From contig NC_068987.1 of NCBI RefSeq assembly GCF_001194135.2, positions 7,311,650-7,374,560 of the forward strand: a stretch of DNA of 62,911 nucleotides, written 5' to 3'. Shown here piece by piece: positions 49,270-61,956 of the stretch; position 1 is the first letter of the stretch, and every line of letters starts with the position of its first letter. The position numbers and the translations under genes are program-made. The stretch comes from Octopus bimaculoides (lineage: Eukaryota). Below the pieces are notes generated by a model that saw nothing but the letters and a program-made list of their open reading frames with translations, did not search any database and had not been told where the DNA came from.

Positions 49270-49865
49270 TCCATACATACATACATACATACATACATAC
49301 ATACACATACATATATACATACATACATACATACACAGATAAATACATACATACATATACACACATACGTACATATATGCACACATACATACATACATAC
49401 ATACATACATGCACACATACATACATACATATATACACACATACATGCATACAAACACACATACATACATACACACATACACACATACATGCACACACAT
49501 AAATACATACACAGATACATACATACACATACATACATAGACACATACATACACGCATGTATACATACGCACATACATACACACACATACATATNNNNNN
49601 NNNNNNNNNNNNNNNNNNNNNNNNNNNNNNNNNNNNNNNNNNNNNNNNNNNNNNNNNNNNNNNNNNNNNNNNNNNNNNNNNNNNNNNNNNNNNNNNNNNN
49701 NNNNNNNNNNNNNNNNNNNNNNNNNNNNNNNNNNNNNNNNNNNNNNNNNNNNNNNNNNNNNNNNNNNNNNNNNNNNNNNNNNNNNNNNNNNNNNNNNNNN
49801 NNNNNNNNNNNNNNNNNNNNNNNNNNNNNNNNNNNNNNNNATATATATATATATATATATATATA
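49270..49865. repeat. Degenerate (TACA)/(CA) tract, gap, (TA)n
   Basis: Direct inspection. Confidence 0.95.
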
Positions 49866-50544
49866 CATGCATGTAAGTATGCATATATTGATAGATGACT
49901 TTCTCTCCGTTTGACATCTCAGTATTCCTGCGCGCACACGTTAACGCCTATATATTTCCTGTGTCACTGAGTGTGAATAGTCAAAGCATGTATATGTGTG
50001 TGTAACTGCTAAGTATATATACGAGTGTGTATGTACGTGTGAGAGAGAGAGAGAGCAAGAAAGAGAGTAAGAGAGAGAGATAGGGGGGGAGGTTTTTTGC
50101 AATGGTTTACGATATGGATTAATTCATTTACTAACGTAAAGAAAAGCGTGATGTATTTCATGAGGTTCACCTCCTGACTGGTATTTTTTGTTGGCATCAG
50201 AATGCACTTGGCATCCACTGAATTATATATTTCGTGGATAAATCTACATCTATGAAAGGATTTCGGAACGAGAATGAGCTTACATTACTCACCATAAACA
50301 GTATTTATGACATTTAAATATAATTGCGGACCGCCCAGTTGTCAAGCATTTAAATTAGTTTAGTCAATTTATGAGGTAAATATTGATTGCTGATACTTGA
50401 GTGTCATTAATAATCGTAGTGTTAGGGAAGGATGTCCGTTTATTATATGAAATGGGTCGTCAATATCACAATAAATCATACACTGATAAGCCAAAATTCA
50501 TGTATATATTGTATACATGCAATAAATTCTGTGGTCCTCACGCT

Positions 50545-50657
50545 TATCTTATTTTATCTTTTACATGTTTCAGTCATTGGATTGCGGCCTTCAAGGGACT
50601 TAAACCCTTCAAGGACACGACCTTGAAGAGTTTTAGTCGAACAAATCGACATCAGTA
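50545..50657 (-). mobile_element. SINE family B, 3' end
   Basis: tttacatgtttcagtcattggattgcggcc...ccttgaagagttttagtcgaacaaatcgac. Confidence 0.8.
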
Positions 50658-50783
50658 TTAATTTTATTTTTATTTTTACCTCAGTTCATTATATATTTGA
50701 TTATGCAAATCACTAATTGTCAAAAATATAATTTAGTTTTGCTGCCTTTTAATAAATGGTACGTCATTCACCTCATAAAGTTT

Positions 50784-50982
50784 CAGGAATTGAAACCAAT
50801 ATCTCGCAGTCTAAAGTATAGCACCGTATCCACTAGACAGCGCTACGCCGTGTGTGCATATGCGTGCGTATACGTGCATGTACGAGCGCAACGCATCGGC
50901 CGGTTCGGGAATCGAAACCAAGATCCCGCGATCTAAAGTACAGCACCCTAGCCACTACACACCGCCACGCCGTGCGTGCATA
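50784..50982 (-). mobile_element. Two tandem tRNA-like SINE heads (50784-50860 and 50906-50982), period 122 bp
   Basis: Minus strand ggcggtgtgtagtggctagggtgctgtactttagatcgcgggatcttggtttcgattcccg has A-box-like and B-box-like motifs; the second unit is a diverged copy. Confidence 0.7.
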
Positions 50983-51651
50983 AACATGTATATCATCATG
51001 TGAGTTCCTAGAAGGTTGAGAGCGATTGCATTTATCATAATCTCTGTTACAACGTCTGTACTGAAGACACCGTATTTATGTTTCTGACAGCATTTATAAA
51101 TATGTGTTTGCATCGTTTTTCCTTCCGTAGTTTGCAAAATTGGATGCAGCCAAGAGTTTCCCAATCACGTGATTAATCAGTGTGTTTACATACTCGGACA
51201 TGTCTCCTTTTAATGCATTATTACGATTGTCGATACTTCTAATTCAGAGCGTGGTGTTAAGAGACTATACGGATTCGATCTGGCATTATCCGAATGTTTT
51301 CCAGTATCATAGTTAACTGACAGAATGATTTACTGTTTATTGTGTTATTTATTGCCGTTTGCTATGATAGACGATAGTCAAGTAATATATGGGTGGATAT
51401 CTATTTCCTGGAGTACATAGCATTCGTTTTCTGTTTACAGAATTAAGATATATGTACGTTTACAAATGCATTCACACTTATATCCAATCACAAAGCAGCA
51501 TACATTCTAAACAATGTTTGAAAGATATCCAGAATGATGTGTGTGGCTATGTGTGTGCGCGAATAAGATATTTTGATGTATGAATTTATCGTCATACACA
51601 CAAATACATAAGAATACATGTGTCAGTACATATTTAAGAATAAATATATTC

Positions 51652-51684
<33 letters not shown>

Positions 51685-52249
51685 NNNNNNNNNNNNNNNN
51701 NNNNNNNNNNNNNNNNNNNNNNNNNNNNNNNNNNNNNNNNNNNNNNNNNNNNNNNNNNNNNNNNNNNNNNNNNNNNNNNNNNNNNNNNNNNNNNNNNNNN
51801 NNNNNNNNNNNNNNNNNNNNNNNNNNNNNNNNNNNNNNNNNNNNNNNNNNNNNNNNNNNNNNNNNNNNNNNNNNNNNNNNNNNNNNNNNNNNNNNNNNNN
51901 NNNNNNNNNNNNNNNNNNNNNNNNNNNNNNNNNNNNNNNNNNNNNNNNNNNNNNNNNNNNNNNNNNNNNNNNNNNNNNNNNNNNNNNNNNNNNNNNNNNN
52001 NNNNNNNNNNNNNNNNNNNNNNNNNNNNNNNNNNNNNNNNNNNNNNNNNNNNNNNNNNNNNNNNNNNNNNNNNNNNNNNNNNNNNNNNNNNNNNNNNNNN
52101 NNNNNNNNNNNNNNNNNNNNNNNNNNNNNNNNNNNNNNNNNNNNNNNNNNNNNNNNNNNNNNNNNNNNNNNNNNNNNNNNNNNNNNNNNNNNNNNNNNNN
52201 NNNNNNNNNNNNNNNNNNNNNNNNNNNNNNNNNNNNNNNNNNNNNNNNN

Positions 52250-52456
52250 CCCCCCCCCCCCACACTACTGCGTGACAATCGGCTTTGGTGTGTTTATGTC
52301 CCCGTGCCTTAGCGGTTCGGCAAAAGGATTCTGAAAGGATAAGTTCCAGGCTTTAAAAACGATGAGCGCTGGAGTCGATTCGTTTGACTATAATTTTTCA
52401 AAGCGGTGCCCCAGCGTGGCCGCAGTCTAATGACTGAAACAATTAAAGGATAAAAG
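52250..52456 (+). mobile_element. SINE family B, 3' half
   Basis: ggtgtgtttatgtcccc...tagcggttcggcaaaag...gcggtgccccagcgtggccgcagtctaatgactgaaac. Confidence 0.9.
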
Positions 52457-53092
52457 TTGAACGATACGTCATTTTTATTTATTGCTGAAAAGCTGAAATA
52501 TTTTACGCTTCTCTTTACCTCTTCTATAAGATCTATACCCAAGCGGTATTCATACTCTATAACATACCTCATCCATGTTTTTTTCTGTATAGGAAGCCAA
52601 CCAGTGTTATTTTTTTCTCTCTGATTAGCGACGCTTGCAAAACTGCTCAGCTTGCTCTTGCTATTAAAATTATCAGAAATATCTTTTGTATTTTTTTTCA
52701 TTTCTTAATGCTTAAATATTGCTGTATCTCTTTCTTCAACTCTGCTCATTTTATTTTTCAGTTAGACTTATTTTTAATTATTGTATCATTACTGTTTTCA
52801 AATTTTGTTTTCTCATTTTCTGCGTAATCACTGCTTTTTCATTTATTGACGTTCCGAAGATGGAATCGTATCTAATTACAAGTAAAAACAAATATTACGT
52901 TAGTAAATGATTATAAAGCAAATATGACAGACATTTTGGCATCTTCAAGTATCGGAGTTGATGTCAAAATGTTCCCCAGTTGCTTGTGTACAGAATTTAG
53001 CAAATGAAACAAAATTAAAATAAATTTCTTTCGTCAGTAAATAGTAGAAATACATAACGCTCCGGTGGAGTTATCTGGAAGATATCCGTACA

Positions 53093-53392
53093 CTTCAGCA
53101 AATCGTAATAATCCCAGGAGAACCATGTCTCAGAGAAATCCAAAAGATTGGATTGACAACTACTGTCCATATCTCTAGAAAAACCCTATCTGTTTAAATG
53201 TCTGTGTTGCATTACATGAAGATATTTCGCTACTCCCCCTCCCCAAGTCTTCAGTCATACTGTAACATCCCTTATCTTCACTCGCAGCAGAACGCTGAGT
53301 GTATCTCGGCAAATGACTTTAACAAACATTCAGATTAAAAGTAAACAATAATAATAATAACAACAACAACAACAACAATAATAATAATAATA
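53093..53392 (+). mobile_element. 3' end of a Dong/R4-like (REL-endonuclease) non-LTR element with 3' UTR and (AAT/AAC)n tail
   Basis: 53093-53197 translates LQQIVIIPGEPCLREIQKIGLTTTVHISRKTLSV*, like the IPGxPxxxEIQKIxLxGTAHILRKxLS* C-terminus of this clade; then ~150 bp and a trinucleotide tail. Confidence 0.65.
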
Positions 53393-53396
53393 AGGC

Positions 53397-53668
53397 AGTG
53401 GTCCTCGTGGCTTCTGATCTTAACCGATTGGAAGTGTTATCATGTACATTGTTTTGTCTTGGTATAAAAGATAGGCTACAGCAAATATTCTGCTCAATAC
53501 CACAGATTTGCTTGTCAGTCGTTTGACCTTAACCAGCTGAGCATGTCCCTTTCTGGCTGACGATATGTGCATCTCTGATCACGAGCAGAAGTAGTTGTGG
53601 TAGAAGGCAACATAGCTATGTGTTGAGGGGAATTCTTTGGGGTTTGAATAATTCACTGCTGGAAACAT
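53397..53668 (-). mobile_element. Interspersed repeat, probably a LINE 3' end on the minus strand
   Basis: gtcctcgtggcttctgatcttaac...gcaaatattctgctcaataccacagatttgcttgtcag...aattctttggggtttgaataattcac, which I recall as an abundant octopus repeat; abuts the trinucleotide tract. Confidence 0.5.
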
Positions 53669-53680
53669 CTTCCATCATAT

Positions 53681-53811
53681 AAATTTATTCACAAGTCATC
53701 AGCCGACCTGGAATTATATTAGAAATTTGCTCAAAGTGCCGTGAAGCGGGACTGAACCTGAAAATATGTGGCTGAAAGGCGAGTGTCTTAACCACACACT
53801 CATTTCTGCTC
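53681..53811 (-). mobile_element. SINE family B, 5' part
   Basis: ttcacaag...cagccgacc...aaagtgccgtgaagcgggactgaacc...cttaaccacac. Confidence 0.8.
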
Positions 53812-53812
53812 T

Positions 53813-53843
<31 letters not shown>

Positions 53844-54401
53844 GCACACACATATATACATACATACATAATACATACACACACACACAAACACATACAC
53901 ACGCACACACACTCACACACACACACACACACGCATATATATANNNNNNNNNNNNNNNNNNNNNNNNNNNNNNNNNNNNNNNNNNNNNNNNNNNNNNNNN
54001 NNNNNNNNNNNNNNNNNNNNNNNNNNNNNNNNNNNNNNNNNNNNNNNNNNNNNNNNNNNNNNNNNNNNNNNNNNNNNNNNNNNNNNNNNNNNNNNNNNNN
54101 NNNNNNNNNNNNNNNNNNNNNNNNNNNNNNNNNNNNNNNNNNNNNNNNNNNNNNNNNNNACAGTTTATCAAGTACAAAAGATGCGTAAAACTGAAATTAG
54201 GTAAATTGGTTCTGTTCCTATTAGTAGCTATTAATTCTCTCTTGGCCCCTAAATAGGCATCATTAATTCCTCTACAATTTCTGTTTAGTTCCACTCATTA
54301 CCGTTTCGCAGTTTAATAGTTCAATTACACCTATCCAAAACCGATGCCAAACAATTTATCTTTTCAAATTTTTCTACAGGATCCTTTCTCATATATCCAG
54401 C

Positions 54402-54899
54402 GTGTTTTTCTTCACCCAAATTATATCCTTCACACATAATTCTCCTCCCACTTCTTCTCTTTCCACTTCTTCCTCCCTCCACAATCATCTTTTGTTTTTT
54501 CTATCTTCATTGTTTTCTTTCTTATTTTCTTTCTTCTTCTTCGTCTCTTTCTTCCCCCCCCCCCATCTTCCTCTTCTACTTCCATTTATTCTTTCATTTC
54601 TTTTTCATCATCTTTTTCCTGCTTCTCGTCTTCCATCTTCCCCTCTTTCTTTTCCCAATTCACCTCGTTCTCGATCGTTTTCTTCTATTTTAATGCCGTT
54701 GTGCTCCTTCTTCTTCTTCTCCTCCTCCCCCCTCCTTCTTCTCCTCCTCCTTCTCCTTCTCCTCTTCTTTCTTCTTCTTCATCTTCTTCTCCTCCCCCAC
54801 TTCCACTTCCTTCTTCCTCCTCTCTATTCATGCACTCAAACATTTTCGCTCCAATTTAGAAAATTATAACCCTTGGTATTTTCCTTTCCCTCTTCTTCA

Positions 54900-54931
<32 letters not shown>

Positions 54932-55006
54932 GACTACTACTACTGCAAATACTGTTGCTGCCACCACTCCTACACCTAAACCTACTTCTTTTACTATTAC
55001 TGCTGT

Positions 55007-55037
<31 letters not shown>

Positions 55038-55044
55038 GCTACTG

Positions 55045-55091
<47 letters not shown>

Positions 55092-55110
55092 GCAATAAAT
55101 GTTACTAATA
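54402..55110. repeat. Polypyrimidine (CTT/CCT) low-complexity region followed by (ACT)n
   Basis: Direct inspection. Confidence 0.9.
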
Positions 55111-55293
55111 CTACTACAATATATAAGTCTGTGTGTGAGTATAAACTCACACACATACACGCACATATATATATGCGTGCATGTATGTATGTATGTATGC
55201 ATGTATGCATGTATGTGTGTATGTGTGTATTTTGGACTAATGCGTATATGTCAATTAGTGTGTTGATGTTTTGAGAGCACGGCAGAATTCCTT

Positions 55294-55598
55294 TGTGTGG
55301 TAAGAAGCTTGCTTCCCAACCACATGGTTCCGGGTTCAGTCCCACCGCGTGCCACCTTGGGCGAGTGTCTGCTGCAATAGCTTTGGGACAACCAAAGCCT
55401 TGTGAGTGGATTTGGAGAGACGGAAACTGAAAGAAGCCCGTCGTATATATATATGTGTGCGAGTGTGTGTGTGTCTGTGTCTGTGTTTGTCCCCACCCCC
55501 ACCATCGCTTGACAACCGATGCTGGTGTGTTTACGTCCCCGTAACTTGACCTGGGTGTTCGGCCAAGAGACCGATAAAATAAGTACTAGGCTTACAAA
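55294..55598 (+). mobile_element. SINE family B, near consensus, truncated by a gap
   Basis: tgtgtggtaagaagcttgcttcccaaccacatggttccgggttcagtccc...gacaaccgatgctggtgtgtttacgtccccgtaac...gaccgataaaataagtactaggcttacaa. Confidence 0.95.
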
Positions 55599-56512
55599 NN
55601 NNNNNNNNNNNNNNNNNNNNNNNNNNNNNNNNNNNNNNNNNNNNNNNNNNNNNNNNNNNNNNNNNNNNNNNNNNNNNNNNNNNNNNNNNNNNNNNNNNNN
55701 NNNNNNNNNNNNNNNNNNNNNNNNNNNNNNNNNNNNNNNNNNNNNNNNNNNNNNNNNNNNNNNNNNNNNNNNNNNNNNNNNNNNNNNNNNNNNNNNNNNN
55801 NNNNNNNNNNNNNNNNNNNNNNNNNNNNNNNNNNNNNNNNNNNNNNNNNNNNNNNNNNNNNNNNNNNNNNNNNNNNNNNNNNNNNNNNNNNNNNNNNNNN
55901 NNNNNNNNNNNNNNNNNNNNNNNNNNNNNNNNNNNNNNNNNNNNNNNNNNNNNNNNNNNNNNNNNNNNNNNNCATACGTACATACATACATACATACATA
56001 CGTACGTACATATTTTTTAGATTTAGATTCAAAATTGAATATGGTACTTATGTTTAGGCACCAGAATATAGTATGGTATTATCCAAAAACCATTCTAAAA
56101 GCAAGGTGATCAAAAGATCAAAATAAGCAACACGGATTTTAAAGATGATTGCAGTACGCACGTTTCATGCTACTCCATTTATTTAAGTAATGCGAGCATT
56201 ACATTAAATGCAATATGTAGAGCAATCTTCAGCTGCACAGAAATGTAGAAAATTACAGTGGAATAGACATATTATAATTGTGGCAACATTTAAAATCCAA
56301 GTGGGAAGAAGAATACATAAAAATCCATCTTGACATAGCAGGACAATTTTTTTTTTATAACATGCCTTGTCTCTCCAAACAATCTTCGAATCTTCGGGCT
56401 TGGAGATACAGGGCGTGTTATTAAGACCTGCCAAGACTCGTGTCTCCAAAGCAAGAAACTTTAAGTTAGTATCTCTTGTTTTATACTGTGTGCATTAAAT
56501 TATATTTATCTC

Positions 56513-56551
<39 letters not shown>

Positions 56552-57315
56552 AAACTTACTTGAAAATGGATGTGTGGCATACGATCATATAATAATATAA
56601 ATACTATATAAATGCATGCATATATACATACAAATATGTACATACGCGCGGGCGTTTGTGTATGCACTATCTATCTATTTATCCGTCTGTCTATGTCTGT
56701 CTATCTAACTATCAATCTATCTATCCATCTATGCATACATACACATACACAAGAGCACACACACACAGAGACGTGTGTGTGTTTTGTATGTATGTATGTA
56801 TGCATGCATATATATTTTTTCAAATTCTGACACCAGAGTCCCATTCTCTCTTCCATCATTATCCAACTCCACAACTCACCCAAAGCAAAATCCAGCAGTC
56901 ATTTATCTATTCTCATATTTCCTTGAATCTTATTTTTGTTTTGCCAATACAAACATTCTTCGCTGTTTTGTGTCAGTTTATATTTTGTTCTCATTGCATT
57001 TTATCTGTTTTTATTGTTTTATGTTGAAAGGGATTTTCGATGTTGTCTGATGTTGATGTTTAATATATCGGTTACACAAAATGTCAAGTTGTGCTTCTAC
57101 CCGGAAAAGGAATGATGGCTAGACGCTGTGAAAACGAGCGCCATGCTGATTTTACTCAGTCTAGAAACAAGAAAAAACAACATTTATTATTGTAAATACT
57201 AGGGGAAAAAAAAACACTCTCGTAGGTTTATACTCTCTGGTATGTTTTGCTACGTTCAGCCTCCAGTATTGAGCAGTTCGTTGTTCATTCTTATTTCATT
57301 TGTACTGCACTGTGT

Positions 57316-57475
57316 TTAACGCATTGCGAATTATTGTGTTAAATATGTTTACCGTATTGTAAATATTTGCATCTGACGATGTCTAACGTATTGTGAATAT
57401 TTGTCATTGATTATCTTTAATGCATTGTGAATATTTGTATCAGATGATGTTTAGCGTTTTGTGAATATTTTGTCC
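57316..57475. repeat. Degenerate ~34-bp minisatellite, about 5 units
   Basis: Units such as ttaccgtattgtaaatatttgcatctgacgatgt, ctaacgtattgtgaatatttgtcattgattatct and ttaatgcattgtgaatatttgtatcagatgatgt. Confidence 0.8.
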
Positions 57476-57543
57476 ACTTCATTCCTCAGTCGAGTACCAG
57501 ATTATCTTCGCAATTTCGGCTGGTTATACTCGAGATTGATCCA

Positions 57544-57580
<37 letters not shown>

Positions 57581-57856
57581 ATCTGTCTGTCTGTCTGACT
57601 GTCTGTCTACCTATCAATCTATCTTTCTATCTCTCTCTCGCTCTCTCCTTCCCTCTTTCTTTATCTCTTTTTCTCATATATATNNNNNNNNNNNNNNNNN
57701 NNNNNNNNNNNNNNNNNNNNNNNNNNNNNNNNNNNNNNNNNNNNNNNNNNNNNNNNNNNNNNNNNNNNNNNNNNNNNNNNNNNNNNNNNNNNNNNNNNNN
57801 NNNNNNNNNNNNNNNNNNNNNNNNNNNNNNNNNNNNNNNNNNNNNNNNNNNNNNNN

Positions 57857-57915
<59 letters not shown>

Positions 57916-58434
57916 TATATGCGTTAAAAATAGGAAACTCTTAGATTTCTCTTGAAATCGAAGAGCGTTTGGCACATTGACATACCTAATATACACACGA
58001 ATACACAAACACAAAAACATATTTATATACATACGTGTGTATATAGGTATGACTATGTGTATATTTACGTATATGTTTATCTATGTATACATATATATCA
58101 GAATTTTATCATTTTTTATCAGTATATTAATATGCATACAATTTTGCACATGTTTGTGTATATGAATAAACATACATACAAGACGAAAACATTGCGGACG
58201 TTCGTCAACCAGCATGACTAAATTACGAAGATACAACGTTGTTATGACCATATTGAGGTTATTTATCAATAATTTTATGTAGCACACAAATCTCACGTGA
58301 TACATAGCCATCACTTTTAAATATCGATGAAGTACAGAAACCAGCTTAATCTCCATGAAATGTTAATTTCTGTAACTCTATCATATGCAACTCATTCTAC
58401 ACAAACAGACTTGTGTAAATCAAGATAATGTATG

Positions 58435-58475
<41 letters not shown>

Positions 58476-59627
58476 NNNNNNNNNNNNNNNNNNNNNNNNN
58501 NNNNNNNNNNNNNNNNNNNNNNNNNNNNNNNNNNNNNNNNNNNNNNNNNNNNNNNNNNNNNNNNNNNNNNNNNNNNNNNNNNNNNNNNNNNNTATATATA
58601 TACATATATATATACAGACATACACACAGAATAAGAGAATTATATTACCGTAAGTAGCAGTAAAATTGTGTAAACAGATGGAATAGCTACATTCATTTGA
58701 AAGGCCGAACTAAATTTTTGACATTTCCAGACAAGTGTCTTCGAGGCGTTTCGTATTCATATTTTGAGAATAAATTTTTGTTTATTCAAAACGTTGGATA
58801 TGAATTTTCATAATAATAAATGCATGAATAAATTTACGTAAAAAGCGATGTAAAGCTAACAGATTTATCTAGAGAATGAGAGGAGGCAACAAAAAATTAA
58901 GCACCAGAGAAGGTGTATCTGAGAGAAATGTAAAGAGTGATATATAAAAATAAGGGTGAGAGTGTTTGGTCTCAGAAATTCCAGTGATTATATTACTAAA
59001 AATAATAATAGAGGCTATGTTGGAATGATAATATAAAAATATAGTTGGAAAATAAAGATAAACTAGTTATAAAAGAAAATGGTAGAAGAGAAGAAAGTTT
59101 GAAGGTAGTAAAGAAAAAATATCGATAAAATATCTCTTGAGAGCTAAAAACTATAGAAAAACCACAACAATGAATTATGGAGCTTGGAGTTAAGAAGGGG
59201 TCATTGTGAAAAAGCGAGACAGCAACGAGATAGATATAAAAATCGATCGAATGTGAAAAGAGGAGTGCGTAGCAAATTATATCTGTGTGATTGTTCAATT
59301 TTGCAATTATTTTGGCCCTTATGAATAATTTAAGACACTCTAAAATATTGCTCTTCTTATCAACATTGTGAATTGACTCTTGTCTGAAGCAAATGATTTG
59401 CTGGAGTCATTAAAGCTACATATTCTAAAGGTTTAATCTAGAAAAATATGACAAATGTTCATAGTATATTAAACAATGGGAAAGAATAAAATAGAGTACT
59501 TTCATAGCTATATGTCGTAAATTGTAGCGATATGGCGGCACTTGTCATTGAGTGTTATATTTGATAATTTAGATTTCATTTGAGGAGCAATATTTCTCCT
59601 CAAAATACAATACAAGAAATAAATGCT

Positions 59628-59836
59628 AGTGCAGCTATGGCTGCGTGGTTAATAAGTTCGGTTTGCAACCACATGGCATTGGGTTCAATCCCATTGATGA
59701 TACCTTGTGGAAATGTCTGCTACTATACATAGCTGGAGGCCGACCACTGCCTTGTGAGTGAAATTGGTTGATGGAATTTGTGTGGAAGTTCGTCGATTAT
59801 GTGAATGTACGCGTGTGTGTGTCATTGTGTTTATGT
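59628..59836 (+). mobile_element. SINE family B, diverged 5' half
   Basis: ggctgcgtggttaataag...caaccacatgg...gggttcaatccc...ggccgaccactgccttgtgagtgaa. Confidence 0.85.
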
Positions 59837-60499
59837 TCGTTCGTTGAACTTCCTGTAACTCCGTCATCGTCAGATTCATAGTCAACATCAGAAGATTCAC
59901 TTTCGTTTATTTCATCTTTCCAGACAACGTCATCCTGAGTACCCTCTAGTGCAGACGAAATGCAACACTTTTATTTTAATAAATGTTGCTTACAGCAAGT
60001 TATGGATGATTCTTTCATGACTTCATTGCTTTCAGGCTTAACTTAAGGTATTTTCGTCCCCGACATCACAAAATGCGTCTGAATAAACATTGCCGGACAG
60101 CAAATAAAGACTCGGACATTGCTTAGAAAATATTTTTCATTTTTAACCTCGTATATAGTACGCACTAGCGATTTTGACCATTAAATTTTGGGAAAAAATG
60201 CAGATTATACTCGAGGATTTACGGTATGCATGTATATATATATATATATATATATATGCATATATATACATATACATACACACACACATATATTTTTGTA
60301 TGTTTGTATGTATGTCAAGTCAAAGTCAAAGTCACCCCATTCACGTGTCAGTGTGTGTGACTATGTGTGCATACATGTCTGTACATGTGTGCGCGCGTGT
60401 GTGTGTGTGCGTATTATGTACGTATATATGTTCGTTGCTAATATATGTATGCCAACATACTCACACATATTGACACGTGAAAAGGATGAGTTTGACGCG

Positions 60500-60508
60500 G
60501 AAGTGTAT

Positions 60509-60575
<67 letters not shown>

Positions 60576-60576
60576 C
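60500..60576. repeat. (GATA)n
   Basis: Direct inspection. Confidence 0.95.
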
Positions 60577-60690
60577 ACGAACTTATTTCTCAGTGAGGAA
60601 ACCGGAGAAAATTTACATGTTGAGTCCAAATAAGATTATATATATGGATCACATAACATTCACAACAATCATCTGATTGTATTCTGAAAG

Positions 60691-60733
<43 letters not shown>

Positions 60734-60735
<2 letters not shown>

Positions 60736-60875
60736 AGGTGCGGTGAATAAACTGTCCTCTAAATTACGCAAAAAATGAAAGTAACACTGACATCTCATTT
60801 TAACAGATATATTTACCAAAATTACATGAAAATATCTTGAAATACTAAAGAGCAAAATTAATTCAGTAAAATCCT
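60734..60875 (-). mobile_element. Second copy of the maT-like transposon 3' terminus
   Basis: ctaaattacgcaaaaaatgaaagtaacactgacatctcattttaacagata...atatcttgaaatactaa aligns with 35852-35990. Confidence 0.9.
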
Positions 60876-60971
60876 TCGGGATCGACAAGATAAGTGCCAG
60901 TCGAGCATTGCTGTCGATGTAATCGACTTACCCGAAACCACTGGCCCTGTGCCATAGTTTGAAACCAATAT
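60876..60971 (+). mobile_element. SINE family A, 3' part
   Basis: ttcgggatcgacaagataagtgccag...gtcgatgtaatcgactta...ggccctgtgccatagtttgaaaccaatatt. Confidence 0.8.
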
Positions 60972-61800
60972 TCAACACAATAAAAGCTCCATTTCAGATC
61001 GTTAAATAAAAGTCGATTGTGTTATTGTGTTATGAAATGGTTAACGTTTGACTTTATGAACATGCATTCGCACATGAGAAAAACGCCGAGATTTGCAGAA
61101 TATGAAGTGTTAAAAATACTTTATAAGAAAAAAGAAATTGCTGTCAGGCAAATCATTATTAGTGCATTTATAATTGAAGTTTCTACGACTAAAAATGCCT
61201 CAGATTAATTGATTTTCTGTGTGACTTAAGCACATTTAAATGTTTGTTTCTTTAATTACATTAACATTTAAATTTGAGAGCTGGCTCTTAGTGAATTTAT
61301 CAATAAATTTTACACTTCTGGTAAGTTGTTTTGTGGCAAAGTTCAAATATGTGAAAAGTTGAGCAATATATAGGTTGGTACGAAAAATATAATCTTGTTT
61401 ATCTAATTTAATATTTCGGTCTAAATACCGGCTGTACGATAGGCATAGGTTCGGTTTCTCAAAAGATAATGTTTCAGTACTATAGGTGGCGTTTTAGGTT
61501 AGATTCAATGTAAGAAAGGTCGCTTGTAGGAGAAATAGATGAAAGGATAAAGTGATAAGAAATATTGTAAACGTAAGACCAAATGCAGTTGTGCAAAAGA
61601 GCAATTATGTTGGAAATTCGATTTAATATTTGGAAATATAATGTAAAATATAAGATTGATGTTTGTATAGTTTGAGGTTATAAGTTGATAGAGTTGCTGT
61701 CTGTGGACAGCTTGATGATGTAAAGGGTGAGAAGGAAGTTGTGAGTCTGTAGCTTTTTATATGATAATAGAGGTGGCGAGTATTTGCTGGTGGGAAAGTA

Positions 61801-61956
61801 GAAGAAGAAGAAGAAGAAGAAGAAGAAGAAGAAGAAGAAGAAGAAGAAGAAGAAGAAGAAGAAGAAGAAGAAGAAGAAGAAGAAGAAGAAGAAGAAGAAG
61901 AAGAAGAAGAAGAAGAAGAAGAAGAAGAAGAAGAAGAAGAAGAAGAAGAAGAAGAA
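61801..61956 (+). repeat. Pure (GAA)52 tract
   Basis: 156 uninterrupted bases. Confidence 0.98.

Noticed and set aside
57316-57475. CRISPR-like array
   Set aside because: Eukaryotic context, abutting degenerate units without unique spacers, and no cas genes.
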